DNA of 64,000 bases, from positions 20,212,001-20,276,000 of the forward strand of contig OX597833.1 of NCBI GenBank assembly GCA_951406725.2, written 5' to 3'. This DNA comes from Octopus vulgaris. Its lineage: Eukaryota. The notes below the pieces were generated by a model that was given only the letters and a program-made list of their open reading frames with translations, ran no database searches and was not told where the DNA came from. Positions 26,983 to 40,068 of this stretch are shown here, one piece after another. Position numbers and translations under genes: made by a program. Every line of letters begins with the position of its first letter. The stretch's first letter is position 1.

Positions 26983-27571
26983 CTTTCTAATTATTGTTAT
27001 ATTTGGGATCTGCAACAAAGAATTAACAGCTTGTTTATAAATGTCTTTATTTAAAAAAAGAAAAATGATGAAAAGTCTGCTCACACAGCAGCTCGACACA
27101 GTTACCTAACACTGATATATCACCACTAAAAATAAAGAATCATTTTTATCTTATTACATTGTAAAACAAATATTTTTACAGATTTTATTTCCCTATCTCA
27201 AAAATGCTTAATTTAGCCTGATGCTGCTGTATTTTGTTTATTATTGGGGTGGATCATAGAGGGATGATAACCAAAGAATTGCAGTTTGGGTGACTTCTGT
27301 ATATTCAACGTACTATCCAAAAGAGCAAGATAACTTATAAAGGAAAAGAACAGATAAAAAGAGTACTAAATAACTAACAGTAATAGCGATAGATGTATGG
27401 GCAAAACTTTTTAGGAAGAGCTGAAGTGGAATCTAAGCTTTTTTGTCCCAAAGTTTAAAAGATTAATCAAATTGACTAAACAAAATAATTATATAATCAA
27501 GCTGGAAGGTGACAAGATGGCAGACTTGTTTGAATGCCAGGCAAAGTGTTTAGTGGTATTTCTTCTGTCTA

Positions 27572-27805
27572 TGGTGGCAAGCTGGCAGAATCGTTAGCAT
27601 GTCGGACAAAATGCTTAACGGTATTTTGTCTGCTATTACGTTCTGAGTTCAAGTTCTACCAAGGTCGACTTTGCCATTCATCCTTTCGAGTTTGATAAAA
27701 CAAGTACCAGTTACACACTGATGTCGCTGTAATCGACTTAATCCCTTTGTCTGTCCTTGTTTGCCCCCTCTGTATTTAGCACCCCTGTGGGCAATAAAGA
27801 AATAA
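27572..27805 (+). mobile_element. SINE family B
   Basis: Homology to other copies. Confidence 0.85.
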
Positions 27806-27869
27806 ATATAACTTAGAAAGATAAAGGAAAACAATCTTGACTGATAGGGTAAAAAAAAAGAGCTGGTAT

Positions 27870-28254
27870 TCTTTTACTTGCTTCAGTCATTTGACTGTGA
27901 CCATGTTGGGGCACTGCCTTTAGTCGAGCGAATTGACCCCAGGACTTATTCTTTGTAAGCCTAGTACTTATTCTATCGGTCTCTTTTGTCAAACCACTAA
28001 GCTATGGGGACGTAAACACTCCAGCATCGGTTGTCAAGTGATGTTGGGGGGGACAAACACAGACACACAAACACACACACACACATACGACAGGCTTCTT
28101 TCAGTTTCTGTCTACCAAATCCACTCACAAGTCTTTGGTTACCCCAAGGCTATAGTAGATGACACTTGCCCAAGGTGCTGCCACGCAGTGGGACTGAACC
28201 CAGAACTATGTGGCTGGTAAGCAAGCTACTTACCATACAGCCACTCCTGTGCCT
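27870..28254 (-). mobile_element. SINE family A
   Basis: Homology to other copies. Confidence 0.88.
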
Positions 28255-28561
28255 ATTTGTTCATGGCTTTTCTGCAGGGTAATTACTACGATAAGAAGCT
28301 AGCTCACTAGATAGTAAAATGCATGTTTGTACAGTATAACAATGGCAAGTAAATGATTTAAGAATGAGCAGGAAAAAGCTAGAAGGGTGACTTCATAAAG
28401 ATATCAGTAGAAGGAGTGGGCATGCCAATGTTGCTAACCAGAATTAAACAGTGGGTTGCAGAAAAGTTTATGTATTGCACACACAGGTCACTTGAAGAAT
28501 GATTACACTTGGTCAGTGGACATGGGAAATGATGAAATGTTGAAATAAGGAAAAATTTAAT

Positions 28562-28848
28562 AGGTATAGTCATGGCTGTGTGGTAAGTAATTTGCTTCTC
28601 AATCACATGGTTTTGGGTTCAGTTCCACTGCATGACACCTCAGGCAAGTGTCTTCTACAAAGCCCTAGTCTAACTAAAACCTTGTGAGTGGATGAGATAG
28701 GTGAAAACTGAAAAAGCCCGTCATGTATGTGTGTGTGTGTACGTGTGCATATTGTTATTCGTTTATGTCCCTGTAATTTAGCGTGGTACTGGGGTCGAGT
28801 TGCTCAACTTAAACCCTTCAGTCCTATTAGTGAAACAAGTAAAAGGCA
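28562..28848 (+). mobile_element. SINE family A, degenerate
   Basis: Homology to other copies. Confidence 0.7.
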
Positions 28849-30071
28849 AAGAAAAACATACTTCTCAAAACAGTATTTAAGGCAAGAAAAAATACTGACT
28901 CAAGAAACTTATCAAAAAATTACTGTAAGAATTACATAAAGGAAAACATGACCAACATGGAATGAATGGAGCAAAAATTGAAAATTCCACATACTCAGTG
29001 ACAGTCATGTAGCTAAGAGGGGGTGTGCTATTAAGGTGGTCCACCTTGGGTGACACTTCGATGGAGGAAGAACTTTTGGAGGTGAACGATGGAGGTGAAC
29101 AGCAAACTCATGGGTTGCCCTGGGCAACACATACACTAGCTGTGTCACTTTCCTACAACCCAGTGCACTACAATGCTCAGGTTTACCCTCAGGTGCTCCA
29201 ACCAAGATCATCCCAGACTATGTTTTAGTTGATATTTTAAGTAATGATCAACTTTATAGTACTTCTCCCCTCATTAGCTTTTTGTTTTTATTTTCCATGA
29301 GATGAAGCTAATGTTTCATGCCTGAATTAGAAGACACTGCAATTAGAATTTATTACCTTGGCACAAAGCCATAAATTTATATAAGACAGGTGAGTAGACT
29401 GAATCACCACCAACACATTACAGTACTACCTTTATCAAAGCCAGCCACAATGGATTTGAATATAGAAAGCAAAAGGGCGTAAGTGCCTTCTTAAGGTATA
29501 GCCACTGGGTCTAAGAGCCTCATGGGTCTAAGGGCGTAATTCTGATCTATGTATGCTGTGGCTTGTTATCAATTAATAAGCACTTTAGGGACCAGTGTAT
29601 TGATTTGTTCAGGAGCCTCACAGGTCCAGGGGCCTAATTCTGATCTATGTATTCTATGGCTTGCTGGCAATAAATAAATATTATAAGGTCCAGTGTACTA
29701 ATTTGTCTGGGGTCTATAAATGCTGTAAAGACAGCTCTGGAGGTATGATGTTTATTTTTCTTTTAGTTGTGTGTATGTGGTGAGGGGATTAATTGCTTAG
29801 TCAGCAGAGGAAGGGTAGCACCCATGACCATTCTAGGTTACCCGTGACTGGTGGGAGGAAAGGGGGATGTTACTCTCAAACCAAAAACATGATAATGGTC
29901 AGGTGGTTGTGTTGGGGTCAGATGGCAATTATGTCTACTATCCAAATTGTTGTTTAACCCTTGGTTGAGCAGACTTATGATCAAACAACAGTCTGGCTGG
30001 GAAAGGGTTGTCTGCCCTGGGCAATACTTTTGTGGGGGTAGCACTTTTGGGACTGTTGTATAAGTCTTCTG

Positions 30072-30295
30072 CAAGCTGGCAGAAACGTTAGCATGCCGAG
30101 CGAAATGCTTTGTCGCATTTCGTCCGCCGCTGCGTTCTGAGTTCAAATTCTGCCGAGGTCGACTTTGCCTTTCATCCTTTCAGGGTCGATTAAATAAGTA
30201 CCAGTTACGCACTGGGGTCGATATAATCGACTTAATCCTCTTATCTGTCCTTGTTTGTCCTCTGTGTTTATCCCCTTGTGGGTAGTAAAGAAATA
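30072..30295 (+). mobile_element. SINE family B
   Basis: Homology; flanked by TGTATAAGTCTT repeats (probable TSD). Confidence 0.88.
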
Positions 30296-30545
30296 TGTAT
30301 AAGTCTTTATAGTTTTGGGGACCCACAGCTTGGGGTGGGGGGACAGTAAACTCAAGGGCTACTGTGGATGGCACATGCTCAGAGCATTCAGAGGCATTCT
30401 AGCTGTGACTAACATGTCCTTTTTCAGACTGTGTATTTATGTCTACATCAGCTAATATATCTGGTACCAATCATTTCTGTTGAGTGAAGCAGCTCCTTAA
30501 GTGGCTCAGTTGTAACTCATTTATCATTCATTGTAATTCTATTTA

Positions 30546-30721
30546 CAGGCCAAGTATAGCTTTGCAGCCATGAGGTTCCAGGTTCAGTCCCACTATGCAG
30601 CACATTCGACAAGTGTCTTCTGCTTTACCCGCAAGCTGACTAATGCCTTGTGAGTGGATTTGGTAGATGGAAACTGTGCAGAAGCCCATTATATATGTCT
30701 GTGAGTGCATGTATGTGCGTG

Positions 30722-30755
<34 letters not shown>

Positions 30756-30985
30756 CATATCTGTGTTTGTGTTTGTCTTCCACTACTGCTTGACAACTGG
30801 TGTTGGTTTGTTTACATCCTCATGACTTAGCAGTTTGGCAAAAGAGTCTGATAGAATAAGCACCAGACTTTGAAAAAGAAAAACAAGTACTAGAGTCGAT
30901 TTATTTGGCTAAAGCCAATAAACCATTCAAGGTGATGCCCCAGTATGGCCGCAGTCCAGTGAACGAAACAAGCAAAATATAAGAG
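30546..30985 (+). mobile_element. SINE family A
   Basis: Homology to other copies. Confidence 0.8.
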
Positions 30986-31062
30986 ATAACTATAGGTTGT
31001 CCCAGAATTAACTATCTATTTCGGTGAGGATGGGCAATTTGAAAAAAAACTTTTATTTATGT

Positions 31063-31260
31063 TTCAATTTTGGATTTGGTTTGCAAGATTCTTTATATGA
31101 GTTCGTGTGTTGAAGCATATTCTGTTGTGTCTGGGGACAGTCATTCTCTTTTAGTGCCTTAATTTTTAACACACTCACTGGTAAAATTTCCAGTTATTTC
31201 TTATTTGTATTTTCTAAAATTTTTTGTTGCGTCTTCCAACCTTTTCAATAGTCTTGACTC
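31063..31260. mobile_element. Interspersed ~200-bp repeat, probably Penelope-like LTR (second copy 43007-43204)
   Basis: Two similar copies in the window; hammerhead-like relic on the minus strand. Confidence 0.5.
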
Positions 31261-31899
31261 TTTTATTTATGTTTATCATGTTTAATATGTGCTAAAAGTG
31301 TATGAACTTTTAATTTTTATAATTCTTTAAAATAATTTTATTTTCATTCCTATTGGATCCCATTTATCTGTCCACAACAGATTTTTTTTTTTTTCAATTT
31401 CGTTACAATCATTTTCTTTACCTCAGACCCCAGGATGGAGGACTAGATTAGCTGAACTTAAAGAACACATTCAGTTAGCAGTGCAGGAGACAACTCCTAA
31501 AATGCTTCAAAATGGGTTTCAATGGATTTGAAATTAGCTGGGATATAGATGGAACACATATTGAAAATTTCCAATAAAGTTTTGACATAAGATTTTTGAG
31601 CGTGATCATTGCCAGAGTGGCTAACTGGCTTCTGTGCCTGTGGCACGTAAAAAGCACCATTCGAGCATGATCGTTACCAGCATCACCGTACTGGCGCCTG
31701 TGCCAATGGCATGTGTAAAAAGATTCAAGCGAGGTCATTGCCAGTACCGCCTGACTGGCCCCCGTGCCAGTGGCATGTTAAAGCACCCACTACACTCTCG
31801 GAGTGGTTGGCGTTAGGAAGGGCTTCCAGCTGTAGAAACTCTGCCAGATTAAGATTGAAGCCTGGTGCAGCAATCTGGTTCACCAGCCCTCGGTCAAAT

Positions 31900-32208
31900 C
31901 GTCCAACAAACCGGAAACCCTGGTGCAATTGAAGGAGAACATCAATAGAGAAATCAGAGAAGTGGGGTCTGAAATTCTTGAGGGTGTTATGTTGCAAGTT
32001 TTGGAAAGAACACGGGCATAGCCAAAATGGCTGCCATTTAAGCAATGTCATTTTTCATATGTAATGTAGTGGTGTTTCAAAATTTGATGTGTGCATATTA
32101 ATTTCCATTATGTCTTTTATATTGTAACAAAATTTCATGCATTTATTTGTAAAGTTAAGGAAGTTATTAAAAATTGAAACCCCTCGGTAACTTTTGGGAC
32201 ACCCTGTA
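31900..32208 (+). pseudogene. Tc1/mariner 3' end remnant
   Basis: NKPETLVQLKENINREIREV-type C-terminus; TIR TTTTGGGACACCCTG-TA. Confidence 0.65.
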
Positions 32209-32359
32209 CAAGCCATCTTCTTTGACACAGTGCAAGTAAGATTTACCTCTCGTTTTTTCATATACATAAAATATGGACTGATGAATACATTGAAGTGGGG
32301 GCGATTGTTTTGATAATATACTTTCATTTTCCTTCTGCTAAAAATTGGTAAAGAGCCAA

Positions 32360-33105
32360 GAGGTGGTAATAGTGATAGTGATAGTGAGGAAAGTGTGGTG
32401 GTGGTGGTGATGGTAGTGGTGGTGGTGGTGATGGGGGCGGTGGTGGTGATGGTGATGGTGGTGGCGACGGCGGCGGCGGTGGTGGTGGTGAAGGCGGCAG
32501 CAGCGGCGGTGATGGTGGTGGTGGTGGTGGTGATGGCGGCGGCGGTAGTGGTGGTGATGGTGGTGGTGATGATGGTGGTGGTGATGGTGATGGTGGTGGT
32601 GGTGGTGGCGGCGGCAGTGGTGGCGATGGTGGTGGTGATGGTGGTGGTGGTGGTGGTGGCGACGGCGGCGGCAGTAGTGTTGATGGTGGTGGTGATGATG
32701 GTGATGGTGGTGGTGGTGGTGGTGGTGGTGGCGGCGGCGACGGCGGCAGTGGTGGCGATGGTGGTGATGATGGTGGTGATGATGGTGGTGATGATGGTGG
32801 TGATGATGGTGGTGGTGGCGGTGTTGGTGGTGGTCGCGGCAGTGGTGGCGATGGTGGTGGTGGTGGTGGTGGTGGTGGTGGTGGTGGCAGTGATGGTGAT
32901 GGTGGTGATGGTGGTGGTGGTGATGGTAATGGTGGTGATGGTGGTGATGCTATACGCCAGCTGTGATGATAATGATGAAGACAGTGTTGGTAATGATGGT
33001 GACTAATGACAGTAATGGTGGTGGTGGTGGTGGTGGTGGTAATAAAGCTTAGGTAGGGCAGTGATAATGTTGGTGACAGAGGCAGCGGTGATGGTAGTGA
33101 TGACA
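32360..33105. repeat. Degenerate (GGT/GAT/GGC)n trinucleotide tract
   Basis: Direct; source of the poly-Pro and poly-Val ORFs. Confidence 0.95.
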
Positions 33106-33593
33106 ATGAAAATAATAATAATAATTGCCCTAGATATCAGGAAGACACTCAGCAAGAAATGGAAACAAAATTGAAGCAGAAAAACTCATAAAAATAAAAA
33201 TACGTGGGCAATTTGTTATTTTTGTGTCGTTATAGACGGAAAAATATGTCACAGGAGATACAGAGAGAGCAAGAAAAGCATTACAGGGAAGCTGAAGAAT
33301 TAAAGATGTATATGTGTAGATGATGAAATAGGGGGAGAAAGAGAGATAAAGAAAGGGAGAGGACTAGAGAGAAAGGAAGCATATTTTCTTCAGTTTTAGA
33401 GAAAGATGTATATATGAATGTCAAATGGGATTTTAAGTAGGAAAGAGAAAGTGAGAGATTTAATGAATAATGGGGGACGGGCAGGGCGAGGTTTGGGGTG
33501 AGATTACAAAACTTAAAAAGTGAATGATGGAAAAGTTGAAGAATGAAATTGGACAGAGTGAATAAAAGTGGGGGACAGAGATAGATGATGATG

Positions 33594-33641
<48 letters not shown>

Positions 33642-33645
<4 letters not shown>

Positions 33646-34079
33646 CTGAGCAAATATAAAGATCTTGAAATAGAAATCAGCAAAATGTTGTAGCTGAAGA
33701 CTAAAACAATACCTGTTGTCATAGGTGCACTGGGAATGATAGCGAAAGGGACTGATTGCTACCTAACTCAGATACCAGGAAACCCGAAAATGGCAGAAAT
33801 TCAAAAGATAGTGCTCATGGGAACTGCTCATATCCTACGCAAAATACTCTCTATGTAATCCCAAGGTTTAAAACAAACTTTTTTTTTATTTAATTATTAT
33901 TATTATTTTTTTAAAAATTTTATTTTTATGTATTAGACATTCACTAGTACAACACCAAAAAAAAAAAAAAAAAAGAAAACGCAAATATATGGCACAGAAC
34001 TTCCAGCCTGTTGTCTTTTGAGGTCTCTGGGTGAGACTTGGAGCCAACTTGTACAGACATAAAGCAAAAGTCAAACATA

Positions 34080-34081
<2 letters not shown>
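33642..34081 (+). mobile_element. 5'-truncated Dong/R4-clade non-LTR element in (TAA)n
   Basis: KLSKYKDLEIEISK...TIPVVIGALG...IQKIVLMGTAHILRKILSM* (RLE C-terminus); (TAA)n on both sides. Confidence 0.85.
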
Positions 34082-34130
<49 letters not shown>

Positions 34131-34131
<1 letters not shown>

Positions 34132-34453
34132 TAGTTCTTTTATTGGCCACAAGGGCTGACAAAAATCAATTATTACATAAAGGGACAAAAACAGGACGAA
34201 AGGTTACAAAGGGTTTTGTCCGTTTGTGAAAAATCCGAGTAAAAACAGTTTAACAATCAAAAATTATAACAACGAAAAACTCTCAATAGGGGGAGGCGTT
34301 ACGAAAGGTTCCTGGTGGAAAAAACCCATAAAAGCCAACGGGAGCCTGGTCAAAAGCAGGGTAGAGAGCCCCTTTCTCCTTTTATATTACCTTTTTAAAT
34401 CACAGGTGTAACCTCAGAATGGCCATTCTTGCGACATTTATCCACCTTTCAGC
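34131..34453 (-). mobile_element. LINE 3' end (Tx1/L1-like)
   Basis: ERWINVARM...* terminus, then 3' UTR ending CCCTTGTGGCCAATAAAGAA; clade call is tentative. Confidence 0.55.
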
Positions 34454-34480
34454 ATAATAATAATAATAACAATAATAATG

Positions 34481-34519
<39 letters not shown>

Positions 34520-34739
34520 GTAATAATAATAATAATAATAAAAATGATAATAATAATGGTTTTAAATTTTGTCACAAGAGCAGCAATTTTTAGGGAGGGG
34601 ATGAATCGACCACATTGACCCCAGTGTTCAACTGGTACTTATTTTATCGACCCTGAAAGGATGAAAGGTAAAGTTGACCTTGGTGGAATTTGGACTCAGA
34701 ACGTAGCAATGGGTGAAAAACTGCTAAGCATTTGTCACT

Positions 34740-35294
34740 TAAAGCATGCAGAAGCCATGCTACATACTTCTGAACTTTTCCCATCGAGTGAAGATGCTTC
34801 TCTATAGCAGTGTGGGAACATTCCATTTTCTTTGCCAGTCCCCTTTTCCCTTGTCGTTTGATGAGAATTTTCAAGCAAAAGTTGGTTTAATCGCTCTTCA
34901 TCGAACTCAACTGGACGGCCAGAATGAGGTGCATCTTTGAGGTCAAAATTTCCATTTTTGAATTTGGCATACCAATCACCAGTGGTTCTTTCAGCTATGG
35001 CACACTCTCCATACACAGCACAAATGTTGCAAGCAGCTTTTGCAGCCTTAGAACCTTGATTAAAAGCAATAAGAAGGAGGTGTCAAAAATGCTTGTTTTT
35101 CTTAACTTGACATTCCATTTTAATGATCTGAAAATAAACAAAAATTAACTAAAATTCTTTAAAAAATAAAACAAACAAAATAAATTCAAAAATGATTCAA
35201 AAATAGAATTCTTGAAAAATAAATTCAAAAATTTAAAAACGCAATAAATTCCAAGATTTAAAAAAACAGAGGGAACTTAGTTGCCAACCCAATA
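34740..35294 (-). pseudogene. mariner 5' remnant
   Basis: YGECAIAERT...WYAKFKNGNFDLKDAPHSGRP HTH; TIR TATTGGGTTGGCAACTAAGT. Confidence 0.85.
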
Positions 35295-35627
35295 CATTAA
35301 CAACTATTTACAATATGTTTACACACACACACATCTTTATCCTATACCTTTTAATTATTTCAGTCATCGGACTGTGGCCATCAAACGGCACCACCACCTT
35401 GAAGGGATTTTAGTAGAGGAAATAGATCCCTGTACGTTTTCTGTTTTTCTAAAGTCTGATACTTATTCTATCAGACACTTTTACCAAACTGCTAAACAAA
35501 CAGGAACATAAACAAACCAACACTGGCCATCATGTGGTGGGGCAAGGACAAACACGGACAAAGAGACACGATTTAAATGGTAATGACATATTGAATATAT
35601 GTATGTGTATATGTATGTATGTTTGTG

Positions 35628-35659
<32 letters not shown>

Positions 35660-35691
35660 TGTATGTATGTATGTATGTGTGTATATATATT

Positions 35692-35928
35692 ACTCTTTTA
35701 TTCTTTTATTTGCTTCAGTCATTTGACTGTGGCCATGCTGGAGCACTGTCTGGAAGGGTTTTTTTTCAAAGCCTAGTACTTATTTTCTTGGTCTCTTTTG
35801 CCGAACCACTAAGTTATGGGGATGTAGATACATCAATGCCAGTTGTCAAATGATGGGGAGGACAAGCACAAACACAAAAACACACACACACACACATATG
35901 TATACATACATACATGCATATATATTTA

Positions 35929-35980
<52 letters not shown>

Positions 35981-36142
35981 ACAGGCTTCTTTCAGTTTCT
36001 GCCTACCAAATCCACTCACAAGATTTTGTTGGCCCAAGTCTATAATAGAAATCACTTGCCCAAGGTGCCAACACAGTGGGACTGAACGTGGAACAATGGG
36101 GTTGAGAAGCAAGCTTCTTTCCACACAGCCACACCTTTGCCT
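35692..36142 (-). mobile_element. SINE family A
   Basis: Homology to other copies. Confidence 0.8.
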
Positions 36143-36756
36143 ATATATATATGTGTGTGTGTGTGTATACAATGGGCTTTAACAATTTCATCCACTAAAT
36201 TCACTCATAAGGTATTGGTCAAGCTGAAGCTATGGTAGAAAATAAGTACCAGTTATGCACTGGGGTCGATGTAATTGATTAGTCCCCTCTGCCCTAAATT
36301 CCAGGTCTTGTGCTTATAACAGAAATGATAATTATTATAATCATTATTGTAAGGTGGTGAGCTGCATTTCACGTGTCTTTATGTTTTGAGTTTGAAATTC
36401 TGCAGAGGTCAACTTAGCCTTTCACCCTTTCAAGGTCAATAAATTAAGTACCATTGAAGCACTGGTCCTTCCCCACATACTTTCAGGCCTTGTGCCTATA
36501 ATAGAAAAGATTATTATTATTATTATTATCATTATTATTAAGGTGACGAGTAGGCGGGATTGTTTGCACACTGGGCAAAATGCTTAGTGGCATTTCATCT
36601 GTCTTTAATGTTCTGATTTCAAATTCTGCCAATGTCATCTTTACCTTTTATTCTTTTGGGGTCAATAACTTAAGTACCAGTGAAACACTGGGAGTCAATG
36701 TAATCAACTAGTCCTCTCCCCACAAATTTCAGGCCTTGTACTTTTAGTAGAAAGGA

Positions 36757-36792
36757 TTACTACTACTACTACTACCACTACCACTGCCACTG

Positions 36793-36832
<40 letters not shown>

Positions 36833-36879
36833 CACCACCACCACCACCACCACCACCACCACCACCACCACCACTGCCA

Positions 36880-36937
<58 letters not shown>

Positions 36938-36999
36938 CACTGCCACTACCACTACTACTACTACTACCACTACCACTGCCACTACTACTACTACTACTA
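36757..36999. repeat. (TAC/CAC)n tract
   Basis: Direct. Confidence 0.95.
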
Positions 37000-37164
37000 T
37001 TGCCTTTGCACAGCTTCTAACGCTGGAGATGTACTACAGTTTTAGCTGTTCATTACCAGTGAACTAAGATAACACTTATTATTTTTCGAGCACCTTCCAG
37101 AGTATTCGAGCAGTTCCAAGCAGTGCTGTTTTCTGCAAGTGCTCCACCCTTATTGCAGCTCCTA

Positions 37165-37168
<4 letters not shown>
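37000..37168 (-). mobile_element. Dong/R4-clade 3' fragment, second family
   Basis: Minus strand IRVEHLQKTALLGTARILWKVLEK*, followed by (TAG)n. Confidence 0.75.
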
Positions 37169-37205
<37 letters not shown>

Positions 37206-37230
37206 GTTATTGTTATTATTATTATTATTA

Positions 37231-37456
37231 TTTTTTTTTTTTCCTTCTTCCTTCAAATTTTTTTCCATTTCTTGCCGCCGAGTGTTTTCTGAACATCTAG
37301 GGCAGAGAAGCTCATTGTATGCTTTCCCAGATTACACATGCAAATTCACAGGTAAAATATGTATTTAAAAAATTAATAGATAAATAAATTCATGAATGGA
37401 TGTTGTTTTCACAGCGATAATGCTCTTCTCAGTACATGAGCCATTCCAGTTAACAT
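37231..37456 (-). mobile_element. Dong/R4-clade 3' fragment, third family
   Basis: Minus strand LTGMAHVLRRALSL*, 3' UTR then (AAT)n; related UTR piece at 33126-33185. Confidence 0.65.
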
Positions 37457-38002
37457 GATTTATTATTGTTGTTATCGTTGTTGTTGCTGGGCAGAACACA
37501 ATTCTCAACTGGCTCAATTTACAACTTCAGGTAACAGATCATCTGATATTCATTCTCAACAGGTAGGTAAACTGTACTTTGCCTGTGTATTTATCTGATC
37601 ATGATTGACCTACACGTGTTATCAACTGTATATCAATCCCATTGTCTGGTTATGTGTTTACAAAAGACAGAAAAATGTTATACACCTCCACTCAACTGAT
37701 AATACAAAAAACAAAAAAGACCAGACATACATCATTACAGACGCGTGAAGAGTAATATCAAATATTTTACAAAATGTGAAATCATGGTGACACACGTGTT
37801 TGTATTGTTATCTCTGATGATGAAACCACTTGAAACATTCTCTCTCTCTCTCTCTCACTCTCTCTCTCTCTCTTTCTGTGTGTGTCTATGTGTGTGTGTG
37901 TGTGTGTGTGTGTGAAGTACACTAGTCTATCACAGATAACATTTCTGAAAGAAGTGGTACCTGTTCATTCAGACAAACCAAATAACAATAATAATAATAA
38001 TG

Positions 38003-38033
<31 letters not shown>

Positions 38034-38190
38034 TAATGAAATAGAATAAGTACCAGGTTTTAAAAAGCTAGTCCTGAGGTCGATTTGTTTGACTAAAAAT
38101 TCTTCAAGGCAGTACCCCAACATGGCTGCAGTCAAAAATGACCAAAACAAGTAAAAGATAAAAGTTATATGTATATGTAAATTTGTAGTA

Positions 38191-38255
<65 letters not shown>

Positions 38256-38612
38256 AAGAAGAAGAAGACGAAGAAGAAGAAGAACCATTATCATCATCGT
38301 TTAGCATCCGCTTTCCATGCTAGCATGGGTTGGATGGTTCAACTGGGGTCTGTGAAGCCAGAAGGCTGCACCAGGCCCAGTCTAATCTGGCAATGTTTCT
38401 ACGGCTGGATGCCCTTCCTAACACCAACCACTCCGTGAGTGTAGTGGGTGCTTTTTACGTGACACCGGCACAGGTGCCAGGCGAGGCTGGCATCGGCCAC
38501 GAACGGATGGTACTTTTTACGTGCCACCGGCACGAGGCCAGTCGGGGCGGCGCTGGCAACGGCCACATTCGGATGGTTCTCTTACGTGCCACCAGCACTG
38601 GTATCACAGCTA

Positions 38613-38880
38613 AATAATAATAATAATGAAATTATTGTTATCAGTGCTCAGGTGCACCACAACTTGTCAAAATGCATATAAAGCATATGCAGTAATGTAC
38701 AAATGTCTGGAAAGCGAACAGTGTATGAGTCAGAGAGATGCTTGCGTGTGTATGGAGGGGAGAAAATCAGGTGTAGTGTTGGCGAATCTCAGGAAGCATG
38801 GAAGTTTTGAAGGATGCAGTGCTCCGACAAATAACAACTGATGTCGGCAGTTTGTTCCATACTTCAGCAACTCTTAGCGT
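38613..38880 (-). mobile_element. CR1-like LINE 3' end
   Basis: LRVAEVWNKLPTSVVICRSTASFK; second copy at 56424-56720. Confidence 0.8.
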
Positions 38881-39909
38881 GTTGTGGGATTTTGAGCTCA
38901 GAACCCTTTTAGTAACTATTTTGATACACTTGTCTAACTGGCCATCCCATCTTTGCTCTGCTGCACAGATTGTCATTATGTTATTACATAATTTATGTTG
39001 TCATGGAAAGTTTATTCAGAATGAGACAACTGGGCACAGCTGTTTGGACGCTGATGATTTGGCATGGCTGTTTGGATATTCAACCTGATCTGGTGACAGC
39101 ACTTTTTGGTGCTTGAAGCAAATACATGCACACACATAAAAGAAAATAGTATAACTAATCGTTGCCAGAGTGGCTAATTGGCGTTCGTGCTGGTGGCACG
39201 TAAAAAGCACCATTTGAGCGTGATCGTTACCAGCGCTGCGTTACTGGCACTTGTGCCGGTGTGCAGGTGACACGTAAAAAAAAACATGATTTTTCCGTGA
39301 CCGTTGCCAGTACCGGTGGCACGTAAAAGCACCCACTACACTCTCAGAGTGGTTGGTGTTAGGAAGGGCATCCAGCTGTAGAAACTCTGCCAAATCAAGA
39401 TTGGAGCCTGGTGCAGCCATCTGGTTTGCCAGTCCTCAGTCAAATCGTCCAACCCATGCCAGCATGGAAAGCAGACGTTAAACGATGATGATGATGATGA
39501 TTGTGACAACAGTAAAATGATGAAAGAAAGAAAGAAAGCCTAAATCTGAAATATAAACATATAACTATGTATTAAATACTATTTCCCTCCTTGTAAATTC
39601 ACATACACACTCACACACACATACATATGTATGGAAAAATATACACATGCAGATAGAAAGAGCATGAGAGAGAAAGAGAGAAGGGGGGAGAGAAAGAGTG
39701 AGAGGGAGAGACAGCAATTTATTAATTGAACATGACTGATATAAAAACTTTCTCCTCTCCTTACGTATATGAAGAGAAATATGCTCACATTCTTAAACTC
39801 GAAGAAAGAAAGAGAGAGAGGGGGAGAGGGAGAGGAGGGTAGAGAGACAGAGATGGTGCAGAGAACAAGAGGAACATTTAAAAGTCTGATGTCAAGTAAA
39901 TCTGCATTG

Positions 39910-40068
<159 letters not shown>

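Noticed and set aside
26378-28478. Two ~140-bp diverged copies (26378-26518, 28338-28478) as duplicated exons
   Set aside because: Stops in the shared frames; more like old LINE C-terminal fragments.
32324-33106. 260-aa proline-rich extensin/formin-like ORF
   Set aside because: Pure degenerate trinucleotide repeat, open on both strands, with no non-repeat domain.
37811-37840. CTGATGA...GAAAC hammerhead-like string
   Set aside because: No credible stem I or stem II.
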